A stretch of DNA of 52,527 bases from Dehalococcoidia bacterium (GCA_035530115.1 DATKVL010000107.1:1-52527), one strand, 5' to 3'. Numbered from the stretch's first letter, positions 1 to 8,165 are shown. Numbers and translations are program-made. The notes: generated from the sequence alone by a model not told the origin.

Positions 1-141
1 AATCAAGAAAAGAGGACGTGATACTATGTCAAGGACAGTGAAAATCGAAGATTGTAAGAAGGTAAACTGCTGGGCATTGAGAGAACTAAAATGGGGTGTT
101 CTTTGCATCGCTAAAGAATGCATACACCCAGAGGCTCATAC
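1..141. repeat. Terminal direct repeat copy 1 (exact copy of 52387..52527)
   Basis: Positions 1-141 (aatcaagaaaagaggacgtg...cccagaggctcatac) recur base-for-base as the last 141 nt of the window. Confidence 0.97.
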
Positions 142-181
142 GTCAGAGGAATCCATTAAGAACGGTGGCGATAGGACATGA
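26..181 (+). CDS. Small hypothetical protein (51 aa); its RBS and 5' end lie in the terminal repeat, so the gene bridges the genome junction
   Basis: ATG at 26 preceded by aagaggacg RBS; MSRTVKIEDCKKVNCWALRELKWGVLCIAKECIHPEAH...; stop TGA 179-181 overlaps the next ATG (ATGA). Below the ORF-track length cutoff. Confidence 0.5.
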   Translation: MSRTVKIEDCKKVNCWALRELKWGVLCIAKECIHPEAHTSEESIKNGGDRT

Positions 182-891
182 CACTCAATAAAGCTAAAGG
201 ACGCATGTTCAAGTCCGTGGGCTGGACATGGAACCCAATATGGGGCTGCACTCACGATTGTAAATACTGCTGGGCTAGGGCACTCACTGAGAGATGGGGA
301 AAAGAGTTTCACCCACAGTTCCGAGAAAAATTCCTAGAAGACCCAATGCCAAACGATGAATCCTGGATATTCGTCGGAAGCATGGGTGATGTGTTCTGTG
401 ATGAAGTACCCGACTCTTGGCTATACCAACTAATACTAACCATACTTAGAGACAATTCAAACAACAAGTTCCTACTACAATCCAAGAACCCCCGTCGCTT
501 CCTTGATAAAGATCTTGACCTAGATGCAGTGAAGGAAAAGGTGATTCTAGGTACCACCATTGAGACAAATAGATTAACCCCTTGGACAAAGGCCCCAAGT
601 ACACATGAAAGAGCCTATTGTCTCTCACAGATGAAGCTAAACGGATTCAAAACTTTTCTCAGTTTGGAGCCACTTTCAGACTTCGACTTTGGGGAACTTG
701 CTTCATGGATCATGTCGATACAGCCAGAGGCCATAGAAATAGGTCTAGAGAACTACACAAGCCACACCACAAGACCCACAGATGAAAAAATCTGTCAATT
801 AACAAATTGGCTGGATAAAACATGGTTCGAGTACATTCTAAAAGAAAACGTAGAGTCCATTTGCTGCGCCGAACTAAGGAGGCCCGAATAA
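178..891 (+). CDS. Phage Gp37/Gp68 (DUF5131) family protein with CxxxCxxC motif
   Basis: WTWNPIWGCTHDCKYCWA, IFVGSMGDVF and FLLQSKNPRRF match my recollection of the PF07505/DUF5131 signature. Confidence 0.8.
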   Translation: MTLNKAKGRMFKSVGWTWNPIWGCTHDCKYCWARALTERWGKEFHPQFREKFLEDPMPNDESWIFVGSMGDVFCDEVPDSWLYQLILTILRDNSNNKFLLQSKNPRRFLDKDLDLDAVKEKVILGTTIETNRLTPWTKAPSTHERAYCLSQMKLNGFKTFLSLEPLSDFDFGELASWIMSIQPEAIEIGLENYTSHTTRPTDEKICQLTNWLDKTWFEYILKENVESICCAELRRPE

Positions 892-1523
892 TGAAGTTTG
901 CACAGCCTAAAAACGCGAATTATTATGACCTTGTGAGAACCCCTCACGGTCATATCCCTGCCCCGATGATCAAGTTCTGGTCTTGGCTTCCCATTCCCAT
1001 CAAGGGACAGAGAGATTGGGGAACCTTCCACTGCCCTGTATGTGGTTCACCGAGTTTCTTCAAAACCGGGTATGGCTGTGATGAATGCCAATACGACAAC
1101 GAACAGAAGTGGAAAACCTATCATAATCGAGAGAAAAAGCGTAGGAAGTGGAAACGCCTAGAATATGCAATGCTGCCTCTCCTAGTCTTGATAGGTAAAG
1201 CCTGGTATCTTCCCTCCATCAAATTAACCCTATTCGAACAAAGAGAAAAATACGGCGGCGAGTTCCTATGGGAGCCAGATCCAGAGGAAGTTTACACAGA
1301 CTCAAATTGTGCCATCTGCGGCGACCCAATAACATGGGCCGATGAGATACAAGCCCCAGATCACCCTCAATGCTGCGAAGAACATGGCGACTACCTTGAA
1401 CTCTGCGTTGATTGTTACGAGTATTGGGAAAACCAATCAGACCACAAAGGCTGCATAAGGGCATTCTTCAACAAAAACATTCAGCCCATCGAATACGCTG
1501 AACTCAGGAGGGACACCGAATAA
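891..1523 (+). CDS. Cys-rich (multi CxxC) hypothetical protein
   Basis: In-frame ATG at 891 overlaps previous stop (TAATG) with AGGAGG 8 nt upstream; CPVCG, CDEC, CAICG, CVDC motifs. Track ORF 822..1523 starts inside the upstream gene. Confidence 0.6.
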   Translation: MKFAQPKNANYYDLVRTPHGHIPAPMIKFWSWLPIPIKGQRDWGTFHCPVCGSPSFFKTGYGCDECQYDNEQKWKTYHNREKKRRKWKRLEYAMLPLLVLIGKAWYLPSIKLTLFEQREKYGGEFLWEPDPEEVYTDSNCAICGDPITWADEIQAPDHPQCCEEHGDYLELCVDCYEYWENQSDHKGCIRAFFNKNIQPIEYAELRRDTE

Positions 1524-2032
1524 TCTTCTCAGAGGGCGACCACATAGAGCAGATCAAGGCGGGAACCAAGACACAGACGCGGCGGATCTCAGACAGATAC
1601 GAGGTAGGTAAGCTCTACGCGGTTCAGCCATGCCGAACCTGCAAGGGCATCCCAAACGGTAGAATCTTGATAACCGCTAAACGCCTAGAGGTAAAGATAG
1701 GGCGGCCTCAATGGTGGATGATACTACCAGATGAGGCGGAGGCTGAGGGCGGCTACTCTTCACACGAATATGAGGAACTTTACGAGAAAATGCACCCAGG
1801 CTGGATAGAACGGTGGGCCTACCTTTTTCAGTATTACCCAACTGAGGCAATCGAATTGATAGAAGACGGTGAACTCGATGAGGCCATGACAGTCATGATG
1901 TCCATAGCATCCCAGCAACTTAGGAAAACCAGTGTTTTAAGAAGCGAGTCTGCGGAGCATCCCGACACTGGAGAAGCAGACACACAACCCGTCCCCGCCT
2001 CAAGCGGAAGGGAAAAAGAGGAAAAAACATGA
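1523..2032 (+). CDS. ASCH-domain-like protein; N-terminal half has no canonical start codon (ATC at the TAATG-equivalent position)
   Basis: Frame is open from 1502; IFSEGDHIEQIKAGTKTQTRR...ILPDEAEAEGGYS resembles ASCH; the first ATG/GTG/TTG in frame is TTG 1667 (track ORF 1667..2032), which would delete the conserved N-terminus. Confidence 0.45.
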   Translation: MFSEGDHIEQIKAGTKTQTRRISDRYEVGKLYAVQPCRTCKGIPNGRILITAKRLEVKIGRPQWWMILPDEAEAEGGYSSHEYEELYEKMHPGWIERWAYLFQYYPTEAIELIEDGELDEAMTVMMSIASQQLRKTSVLRSESAEHPDTGEADTQPVPASSGREKEEKT

Positions 2033-2373
2033 ACATGAAAAAAGTAGAACCGCCTAGAAACGAAGTGCTGCTAAAAATATACGACCATGAGAGCCTAGAC
2101 GAAGAATACGAAAACAAGACCAGCATAGAACTTCTTGAGATAATCGACAAGGCACAACTGGCGAAGGAAGGCGAAAAAGTAGACTGGAAGCCAGTCAATA
2201 AGGCAGAGAACGTCTTAATATATCGCCTATCTGGAAACCTTGTAACTGCTTTAAACACCGATTTACGAGAGGAACTAATACGCATAATCGCTAGACAAAA
2301 CGAACTCATAGAAGCATTCCGTAACCATCGCCACGACAAAGACAAGAGCTACACAGAGAAGCCAATCTGGTGA
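2029..2373 (+). CDS. Hypothetical protein
   Basis: ORF track 114 aa; ATGA overlap with upstream stop; tight same-strand packing. Confidence 0.6.
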   Translation: MNMKKVEPPRNEVLLKIYDHESLDEEYENKTSIELLEIIDKAQLAKEGEKVDWKPVNKAENVLIYRLSGNLVTALNTDLREELIRIIARQNELIEAFRNHRHDKDKSYTEKPIW

Positions 2374-2377
2374 TACT

Positions 2378-2623
2378 ATGAACCCCCAATATTTTTTTTG
2401 TACTAACTGCGGTAAAATCCATGAAATATGGAAGAATGATCTACATCATGAACAGTGGGGACTAATCATGCTCTATATAGCTGAAAACACCCCCACCAGC
2501 CTTGAAATCGCCGAAAAGTTTGGGATCCACCGAAGATCAGCCCAATATTATCTTAAAGAGTTCAAAGAGTTGGCTGCGAGCGTGATCAAATCCGTCAACT
2601 CTAAAGGAGAACGAACACAATGA
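2378..2623 (+). CDS. Putative HTH DNA-binding protein with N-terminal CxxC
   Basis: CTNCGK... then TSLEIAEKFGIHRRSAQYYLKEF looks like a helix-turn-helix. Confidence 0.55.
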   Translation: MNPQYFFCTNCGKIHEIWKNDLHHEQWGLIMLYIAENTPTSLEIAEKFGIHRRSAQYYLKEFKELAASVIKSVNSKGERTQ

Positions 2624-2895
2624 AATGTTCAATAGAATACTGTGATCACCCAGAATATGCCGAGGGCGTATGCCTATGGCATTACCCTCTATGGGAAACT
2701 TGGGGATATTCTGGTGGTTATGAGATTTACCAAACTAGAGGACAAGAAGAAGGCAGAAAACAGTTCAAGAAATGGTTAATGCAACAAAGGCACCAGAACA
2801 TAATCGACATTTTCACAGAATATGATTGGAATCTAACTCAGGCAGTCAACGAATCAATGGATTCAGATATTAAGAGGACGATGAAAAATGAGTAA
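2620..2895 (+). CDS. Hypothetical Cys/His-containing protein
   Basis: ORF track 91 aa; ATGA overlap with upstream stop. Confidence 0.55.
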   Translation: MKCSIEYCDHPEYAEGVCLWHYPLWETWGYSGGYEIYQTRGQEEGRKQFKKWLMQQRHQNIIDIFTEYDWNLTQAVNESMDSDIKRTMKNE

Positions 2896-3067
2896 AATGG
2901 ATATTCATAAAATAATCCGTTGGTGGGAAAACGAATTAACAGGCAAAGATCGGACTCGATTGATGGGTTCTTATAAGTGGCATGGAACTGTCCAAGAACG
3001 TCATCAAAAAATTAGAGAAATACATGACTCCGCTAAATCAGATAGTAAGAGGATAGAAATAAAATGA
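2888..3067 (+). CDS. Small hypothetical protein (59 aa)
   Basis: ATG 2888 preceded by aagaggacg; read manually: MSKMDIHKIIRWWENELTGKDRTRL...; stop overlaps next ATG. Confidence 0.4.
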   Translation: MSKMDIHKIIRWWENELTGKDRTRLMGSYKWHGTVQERHQKIREIHDSAKSDSKRIEIK

Positions 3068-3204
3068 CTGATACTGATGGTAAGAAATATCCAGAATGCC
3101 AACCTTCAATGCTTTGTAAATACTGTGATTACGATTTTGAATGTGGGGACATTATGATGGCTGAAAGGACATCCTTAGAGAAACACAGGAAGAGGTCGAT
3201 TTAG
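3064..3204 (+). CDS. Small Cys-rich hypothetical protein (46 aa)
   Basis: ATG 3064 preceded by aagaggata; MTDTDGKKYPECQPSMLCKYCDYDFECGD... Confidence 0.4.
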   Translation: MTDTDGKKYPECQPSMLCKYCDYDFECGDIMMAERTSLEKHRKRSI

Positions 3205-3205
3205 C

Positions 3206-3397
3206 TTGTCAAGAACTATCATAAAAGATGATGATTGGGGGCTATGTCCTGCTGCTAGAGAAGATCCGCTTGGCTGTCCATATGGTGGGGGTTCAAGGTC
3301 TAACTGTACCGATTGTCAAGATTTACCTATATGGTATTTTGATAAAAATAATAGTTCAGAGGAAACCGTAGACGAAACCAAAAAGAGGACGCCCTAA
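3206..3397 (+). CDS. Hypothetical Cys-rich protein
   Basis: ORF track 63 aa, TTG start; C-terminus KKRTP encodes the RBS of the next gene. Confidence 0.5.
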   Translation: MSRTIIKDDDWGLCPAAREDPLGCPYGGGSRSNCTDCQDLPIWYFDKNNSSEETVDETKKRTP

Positions 3398-3738
3398 TGC
3401 CAGCACATTTTGTCTTGAAAAGATATTTAGAAGGGTTTGAGAAGTATGGCGATCTATATGAAGCCATCAAATCAGGTAAAAAGACAGTTGAATATCGTGA
3501 TGCTTCAGATCACTGGTGGAATCGACTTATCGAGAAGAGATCTAGATTACTTGGTCAATTCTACAAAGGAAGAAACATAGTATTTCAAGGCAATCAACTG
3601 AAACACGATAAAGCCGTGTTTGTCGTAGGATACACCAAGTACCCTCGATTAGTAGCCGATGTCACCAAGATCGTTTATCTCTACGATTCAAACCAACTAG
3701 AAACTCACATCACAAACGTAACGGAGGAACTTGGGTAA
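3397..3738 (+). CDS. ASCH-domain-like protein
   Basis: EAIKSGKKTVEYRD...VFVVGYTKYPRLVADVTKI resembles the ASCH/PUA-like G-x-K-T-x-E-x-R pattern. Confidence 0.65.
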   Translation: MPAHFVLKRYLEGFEKYGDLYEAIKSGKKTVEYRDASDHWWNRLIEKRSRLLGQFYKGRNIVFQGNQLKHDKAVFVVGYTKYPRLVADVTKIVYLYDSNQLETHITNVTEELG

Positions 3739-3923
3739 TGCCCCCACTGAAATGTAAATTTACTGAACTTGAATGCACAAAAAACCATGATTGTGATAAT
3801 TGCATCGTTTTCTGGTACGGATACTACAGAGATACTGGGGAAATAGAAAGCAAAGTGAACCCATCCATTAGCTCCCAGCAACTCGGGACCAGAGAATCTA
3901 AAGGAGAAAGGACCGATGCCTAA
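3738..3923 (+). CDS. Small Cys-rich hypothetical protein
   Basis: ORF track 61 aa; TAATG overlap; CKFTELECTKNHDCDNC. Confidence 0.55.
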   Translation: MPPLKCKFTELECTKNHDCDNCIVFWYGYYRDTGEIESKVNPSISSQQLGTRESKGERTDA

Positions 3924-4137
3924 GCTTCCATGCCCTAAATATCCAGAGAAATGTAAAACGGCTCAAAGATGTGGTGTTGACATCGCATCTGGGGCTTGCA
4001 CCTATGACCCTAATATTAAGGGCATGTATAAGAAATGCTGCGTCACAGAAAATACCGAACCACCCGTCATATTGATCAGCTACTCAAAAGAATCCATTTA
4101 CTCCCAGCAATTACGGTCCAAGGAGATGGAAAAATGA
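3916..4137 (+). CDS. Small Cys-rich hypothetical protein
   Basis: ORF track 73 aa; shares a ctcccagcaa-containing 3' segment with the preceding gene. Confidence 0.55.
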   Translation: MPKLPCPKYPEKCKTAQRCGVDIASGACTYDPNIKGMYKKCCVTENTEPPVILISYSKESIYSQQLRSKEMEK

Positions 4138-4487
4138 AAACACGCGAATACAATTTGGAGACCATAGACGACGAAACAGGCGAATACGTCAAATCAGTAA
4201 CTACAGAGACAGACACCATACGCTTCTATCTAGGTCCATTCGGTGAATGGTTCACACCATGCGAAGAGGACCAAGAGAAACTGAAGAAACTACTTGAGAA
4301 GGCTGACCCGCTTTATGTTCTTAAAGAAGCGAATAAGTCAATCAAGTTAGAACGCCACTGGCTAAAAGATGATCATGGATGGAAAGAAATAGAACGCAGA
4401 CAACCAACAATCGACGACTTCAAACGAATCTACGGCTCAGATTGGCAGAAAGTCTATTCTGCATGGCAGGAGGATGACCCCAACTGA
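4134..4487 (+). CDS. Hypothetical protein
   Basis: In-frame ATG 4134 (ATGA overlap, ggagatgg RBS) inside track ORF 4035..4487; MKTREYNLETIDDETGEY... Confidence 0.6.
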   Translation: MKTREYNLETIDDETGEYVKSVTTETDTIRFYLGPFGEWFTPCEEDQEKLKKLLEKADPLYVLKEANKSIKLERHWLKDDHGWKEIERRQPTIDDFKRIYGSDWQKVYSAWQEDDPN

Positions 4488-4576
4488 GCCTTTTTTCCTC
4501 AGACTCAATAAGCGGCATTCAATGGCTTGACCGAGCCGTAGAAAACTTTGATCAAGTATGGCCGATACTAAACAAA

Positions 4577-4858
4577 ATGACGCCCATATCAGATGACCTT
4601 CTATTTGATTTAGCCTTCAAGGAACATTGGAGGCTTCTACAGAACAATTACCCCGACTTTCTATACGGTAAACGAGTGGCGACAACAAAGGAACTTGTGA
4701 ATAAACATTCAAGAGGAAGCAGCTTAATTAGAGCCGCTGGAACAGCTAAAATCCTTGACACCATGCAAGAAGGCGAGACATTGTTTTACTGTGGTGTTGA
4801 GATCACAAAGAGAAACGGCTCCATTATCTCTAAAGAACTTAGGAGAGTGGAAAAATGA
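4577..4858 (+). CDS. Hypothetical protein
   Basis: ORF track 93 aa; follows a T-rich stretch (gccttttttcc) after 4487. Confidence 0.55.
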   Translation: MTPISDDLLFDLAFKEHWRLLQNNYPDFLYGKRVATTKELVNKHSRGSSLIRAAGTAKILDTMQEGETLFYCGVEITKRNGSIISKELRRVEK

Positions 4859-5031
4859 GTCTTAAAGAAGAAGCAAAAACCGTGTTAAACATTCTAATTG
4901 ATGGAATATATCAGCGTCACGGCTCCCAGCCCTATGAAACATTACCAGAACTTGTTGAAGTCTTAGATGAGATAAGAGAGGAGAGACACCAAACACACTA
5001 TAAAATTAAGATGGAGTTCAAAGAAGAATGA
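4855..5031 (+). CDS. Small hypothetical protein (58 aa)
   Basis: ATGA overlap at 4855, aggagagtgg RBS; MSLKEEAKTVLNILIDGIYQRHG... Confidence 0.4.
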   Translation: MSLKEEAKTVLNILIDGIYQRHGSQPYETLPELVEVLDEIREERHQTHYKIKMEFKEE

Positions 5032-5062
5032 CCAGTAACTCAGATACTAAGAGGACGGTGGA

Positions 5063-5506
5063 ATGATGGGGATTAAAGTTAGACATATTGCAGTAGACTT
5101 TGATGGAGTAATATGTCATTATGATGGACACTATGATCCATATAAATTCGGGGAGCCTAATGAAAGCGTAAGGTATTTGCTTGAAGGAATAAAGAAACTT
5201 GGCTATGAAATAGTAATATTCACATGTAGAACTAATGGGCAATGGGAGAATCACGACTACAAGAAAATCAAGGTAGCAATAAAGGAATACCTTGAACATT
5301 ATAATATGCCCTTTGATAAAATCGCCACCCAGATGGATGGAAAGGTATTCGCTACTGCATACATTGATGATAAAGCTATTACTTGGCCTCAGAATCATGT
5401 TTCCCATATTTACGCTAATGAGATATTAACTCAACTCGCTAACTTAGAACCATTAATTCTTGATACATCCATTATCAAACACACTAAACGGATGGAGGTA
5501 GAATGA
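5063..5506 (+). CDS. HAD-superfamily phosphatase / nucleotidase-like protein
   Basis: DFDGV (DxDx[TV] motif I), FTCRT (motif II), YIDDK (motif IV). Confidence 0.75.
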   Translation: MMGIKVRHIAVDFDGVICHYDGHYDPYKFGEPNESVRYLLEGIKKLGYEIVIFTCRTNGQWENHDYKKIKVAIKEYLEHYNMPFDKIATQMDGKVFATAYIDDKAITWPQNHVSHIYANEILTQLANLEPLILDTSIIKHTKRMEVE

Positions 5507-5757
5507 TGAGTAAGCACAGCTACCAAGAAGGCGTGGTTCTCTGCACGGTTGAGGGCAAACGCAGGGCAGTTCATATCAAGATAAACGCCAATAACTTGGT
5601 GGTCTGCCCTGAATGGAAGAAATGCCCGAATCATGGGAAGCCTGACTGTCAGGAAAAACAGATTCATAACGAAATCATAGAGAGAATAAAGAAGAGAAGA
5701 GCCAAAAAGACTTCGCCGAACATCGATGTACTTATGAGGTATTTACTTTCAAGGTGA
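5503..5757 (+). CDS. Hypothetical protein
   Basis: ORF track 84 aa; ATGA overlap. Confidence 0.55.
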   Translation: MMSKHSYQEGVVLCTVEGKRRAVHIKINANNLVVCPEWKKCPNHGKPDCQEKQIHNEIIERIKKRRAKKTSPNIDVLMRYLLSR

Positions 5758-5802
5758 AAAATGAAATGACCCAAGTCGAAACCAAAAAGAGGACATAGAA
5801 AA

Positions 5803-6006
5803 ATGGATAGAGTGTATGATCAATCGAATATAAGGCCCCAAGGTATTCCTGAAGATTCTACTCGGTGTATTGCTGAGGTGGTAGATGAAACTGGCTGGCA
5901 TTTCTATCAATGTAAAAGGAAAAGAGGGTATGGTCCTAACGGTGAATATTGTAAACAACATGCCAAGATAATTGAATCCAGAAGAAAGCAAACAAAGAGG
6001 ACATAA
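5803..6006 (+). CDS. Hypothetical protein
   Basis: ORF track 67 aa; aagaggaca RBS upstream; C-terminus QTKRT encodes next RBS. Confidence 0.55.
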   Translation: MDRVYDQSNIRPQGIPEDSTRCIAEVVDETGWHFYQCKRKRGYGPNGEYCKQHAKIIESRRKQTKRT

Positions 6007-6008
6007 AA

Positions 6009-6623
6009 ATGGAGAAACCAGATGCTACAATAGTTGACTTCACGGCCGGGAACCGTAGTATCTGGACCCTTAAAGATAGCCCACACATACTCTTCTTAGA
6101 TAAAGAACCCGATCTCTCATTGCCCCCTGACCTTCTCTGCGATGCCACTAATACCGATCTCCCCCCAGATTCCAAGTTCTTCGCTGTGTTTGATCCACCA
6201 CATGAATGGGGCAAAAGAAAAAATAGCAGCCTCTTCACCACACCAAACCGAGAAACATGGAACAAGAAATGGCCCTCTCATAGCAGAGAAGCACCGCCGG
6301 TCTATTATGGAGCAGATAAGTACCAAACAAAAACCGAGTTAATGCGATTCATCTACGAAACCCAAAGGGAAATCGCACGAGTCCTAATACCTGGCGGGAT
6401 TCTATTCTTTAAGTGGAGTGAAAACAGCCTAAGCACAAACGAGGTTCTTGAATATCTCCCTCTCTGGGATGTTGCCCTAAGAATCCCCGTAGGATATGCT
6501 GGTAAAACAGCCAAACAATCATACTGGCTTCTAATGATCCAAAAACAAGGGCCATGGCCACAAACAGAGTTATTGGATTTCTTCAAATCCACTAATAGCA
6601 AATCAAAGAGGATAGAGACATGA
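6009..6623 (+). CDS. DNA methyltransferase (N6-adenine/N4-cytosine type, DPPH motif)
   Basis: VDFTAGNRS (motif I-like) followed by FAVFDPPHEW (motif IV DPP[YFWH]) and IPGGILFFKW. Confidence 0.7.
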   Translation: MEKPDATIVDFTAGNRSIWTLKDSPHILFLDKEPDLSLPPDLLCDATNTDLPPDSKFFAVFDPPHEWGKRKNSSLFTTPNRETWNKKWPSHSREAPPVYYGADKYQTKTELMRFIYETQREIARVLIPGGILFFKWSENSLSTNEVLEYLPLWDVALRIPVGYAGKTAKQSYWLLMIQKQGPWPQTELLDFFKSTNSKSKRIET

Positions 6624-6832
6624 GTGAAACTGAATTAAAGAAACTTGTAGAAACCTTCCTTGAAGAGTTCTGGAAGATGAAGCCACTTGAAGATGTGGCA
6701 ATACGTAATCCTCCAAGTAAACATCAACGGAAACTTAGACAGTTAATTGACATGGTTCGGGTATTTGAGGCTAATTATAACTTGAAGTTTTCCGATCCTC
6801 AGAATCTTATCCGTAAATATGAGGGTGCTTAG
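6620..6832 (+). CDS. Hypothetical protein
   Basis: ORF track 70 aa; ATGA overlap. Confidence 0.55.
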   Translation: MSETELKKLVETFLEEFWKMKPLEDVAIRNPPSKHQRKLRQLIDMVRVFEANYNLKFSDPQNLIRKYEGA

Positions 6833-6833
6833 G

Positions 6834-7058
6834 ATGAAAAAAGTAAGAGTTAGAAGGATGGAATGCCCGTTTTGTGATTGGCACACTTGGGGATTTAAAG
6901 ATAATATCCGGCAAACCGATTTTGATAAACTATTGAAAAAAACTGCCGATCATATAAGAGAAGTTCATAATAAACACAGTCCTGAAAGATATGGGAGAAT
7001 GCCATTCATGCCAGATGATTACCCATTAGAAAACGACCTAAAACACGGAGGTGCTTAG
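6834..7058 (+). CDS. Small Zn-ribbon-like protein
   Basis: ATG 6834 in conserved junction gagggtgcttaggATG; MKKVRVRRMECPFCDWHTW... Confidence 0.55.
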   Translation: MKKVRVRRMECPFCDWHTWGFKDNIRQTDFDKLLKKTADHIREVHNKHSPERYGRMPFMPDDYPLENDLKHGGA

Positions 7059-7061
7059 GAT

Positions 7062-7190
7062 TTGTCAAGAACTAAGAAAATACCTGAGTGGGTGCTTTAT
7101 TGGCACGCTTTGGCTTACTTGATAAAACATCCTTGGTTGATTTATCTTTATGATCGTTCAGAGGAAATCCGTAAAGAGGAGGGCGTTTAG
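7062..7190 (+). CDS. Small hypothetical protein (42 aa)
   Basis: TTG 7062 after ggaggtgcttagga junction; ends ...EEGV* in the next conserved junction (gagggcgtttaggatg). Confidence 0.35.
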   Translation: MSRTKKIPEWVLYWHALAYLIKHPWLIYLYDRSEEIRKEEGV

Positions 7191-7191
7191 G

Positions 7192-7431
7192 ATGTCCATA
7201 AGAGAACATCTTGAATCACTGAGAGCCCGTTGCCACATCTGTAATTCTACTCTTAAATTAGATGAAATGGGTTGCCCGAAATGTCCATCATGCGATAAAA
7301 AGTTTTTAGAAGCATCTGATTACGAGGCTTCAGCAGATTGGGCCTTAGAACGCATTGATAATGACTCAGATGAGATATGGGTTCTTGATGCTAAATTAAT
7401 TGACCATAAAGAGGGAGAGCAAGAGGAATGA
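7192..7431 (+). CDS. Small Zn-ribbon protein
   Basis: ATG 7192 in conserved junction; CHICNS...CPKCPSC. Confidence 0.55.
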   Translation: MSIREHLESLRARCHICNSTLKLDEMGCPKCPSCDKKFLEASDYEASADWALERIDNDSDEIWVLDAKLIDHKEGEQEE

Positions 7432-7571
7432 ACAAAATAAAACTAATCTGCGCAGAGTGTGGAGGTAAATGTTTTCACGTTTACCGTGGAAAGGCATCAA
7501 GAAAAATTCATGTTGAATGTATTACATGCGGCTCATCAATCCTAAAAGCGGAGGATGCCAAGGATGGGTAA
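7428..7571 (+). CDS. Small Zn-ribbon protein (47 aa)
   Basis: ATGA overlap at 7428; MNKIKLICAECGGKCFHVYRGKASRKIHVECITCGS... Confidence 0.45.
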   Translation: MNKIKLICAECGGKCFHVYRGKASRKIHVECITCGSSILKAEDAKDG

Positions 7572-7752
7572 ATGCGAGAAATGTGGGTCAGACAACGGTT
7601 CCGGAATCTATTGCACTAGCGAAGAATGTGGGTGTGGTGCATTAAAACATTGGAGTTGCAAATGTGGGCACGTTACGCATTATTTCCATGCGACACGGCT
7701 GGGGCGAGAAGTTCTCCGCATCCTATTAACGGAGGAGTCAAAGGGTGAGTAA
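7564..7752 (+). CDS. Small Cys-rich protein
   Basis: ATG 7564 after gcggaggatgccaagg; MGKCEKCGSDNGSGIYCTSEECGCGALKHWSCKCGH (track ORF starts 7555). Confidence 0.5.
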   Translation: MGKCEKCGSDNGSGIYCTSEECGCGALKHWSCKCGHVTHYFHATRLGREVLRILLTEESKGE

Positions 7753-7936
7753 AAGAACGGTTATAACTAAACCTCATGTTTGCCCCAGATGTGGGAATGA
7801 TGTTCTTGATGAATTACTTGATGGATTGACATATTCAAAGATATTTTGGAGATGCCCAGATTGTCAGTGGGCTACTCCACTTTATCCTTTAGCTAAGTTT
7901 AAAATCCATTATCCGGAGGAGCATAAGGATGAGTGA
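7745..7936 (+). CDS. Small Zn-ribbon protein
   Basis: ORF track 63 aa, GTG start after acggaggag; CPRCGN...CPDC. Confidence 0.55.
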   Translation: MSKRTVITKPHVCPRCGNDVLDELLDGLTYSKIFWRCPDCQWATPLYPLAKFKIHYPEEHKDE

Positions 7937-8165
7937 AAGACACAGGCCCACCAAAGCAAAGGAGAAGCTGAGAATCTACGCCCAGCTTCTCAAGATACCC
8001 GTAGAGCCGCCATGTGATGCCTGCCCCTGGAGGCTTCACCCAGACAGGGTTCAGGGGTGTGATAACTGTGGGTGTGGCTGGATGTACCTCTACAGGGCGG
8101 TGAAGGCATACCAGATTAGGGAGGGCCACGGGGTCCATAAAGCAAACGAGGAAGAGGAGTCCTAA
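7929..8165 (+). CDS. Small Cys-rich protein
   Basis: ORF track 78 aa; ccggaggagcataaggATG junction; CDACPW...CDNCGCG. Confidence 0.55.
   Translation: MSERHRPTKAKEKLRIYAQLLKIPVEPPCDACPWRLHPDRVQGCDNCGCGWMYLYRAVKAYQIREGHGVHKANEEEES

Noticed and set aside
1-141. Interpreting the 141-bp end repeat as a genuine packaged direct terminal repeat or as an LTR/IS-type mobile element boundary
   Set aside because: Genes read straight through the junction and there are no transposase or integrase genes. The length equals a common assembler maximum k. Circular closure or a permuted genome is the simpler reading, though true termini cannot be determined from the sequence alone.
3880-4125. Shared ctcccagcaa-containing 3' segments of genes 3738..3923 and 3916..4137 (ISSQQLGTRESKGE versus IYSQQLRSKEME) as a possible regulatory element
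   Set aside because: This is most simply explained by tandem duplication of a small gene together with its downstream RBS. The match is too short and there are too few copies to claim a separate function.
5018-5407. 129-aa hydrophobic minus-strand ORF that looks like a membrane protein
   Set aside because: It is antisense to the HAD phosphatase gene, which carries all HAD motifs. In AT-rich DNA, antisense frames readily yield Ile/Leu/Phe-rich pseudo-TM proteins.
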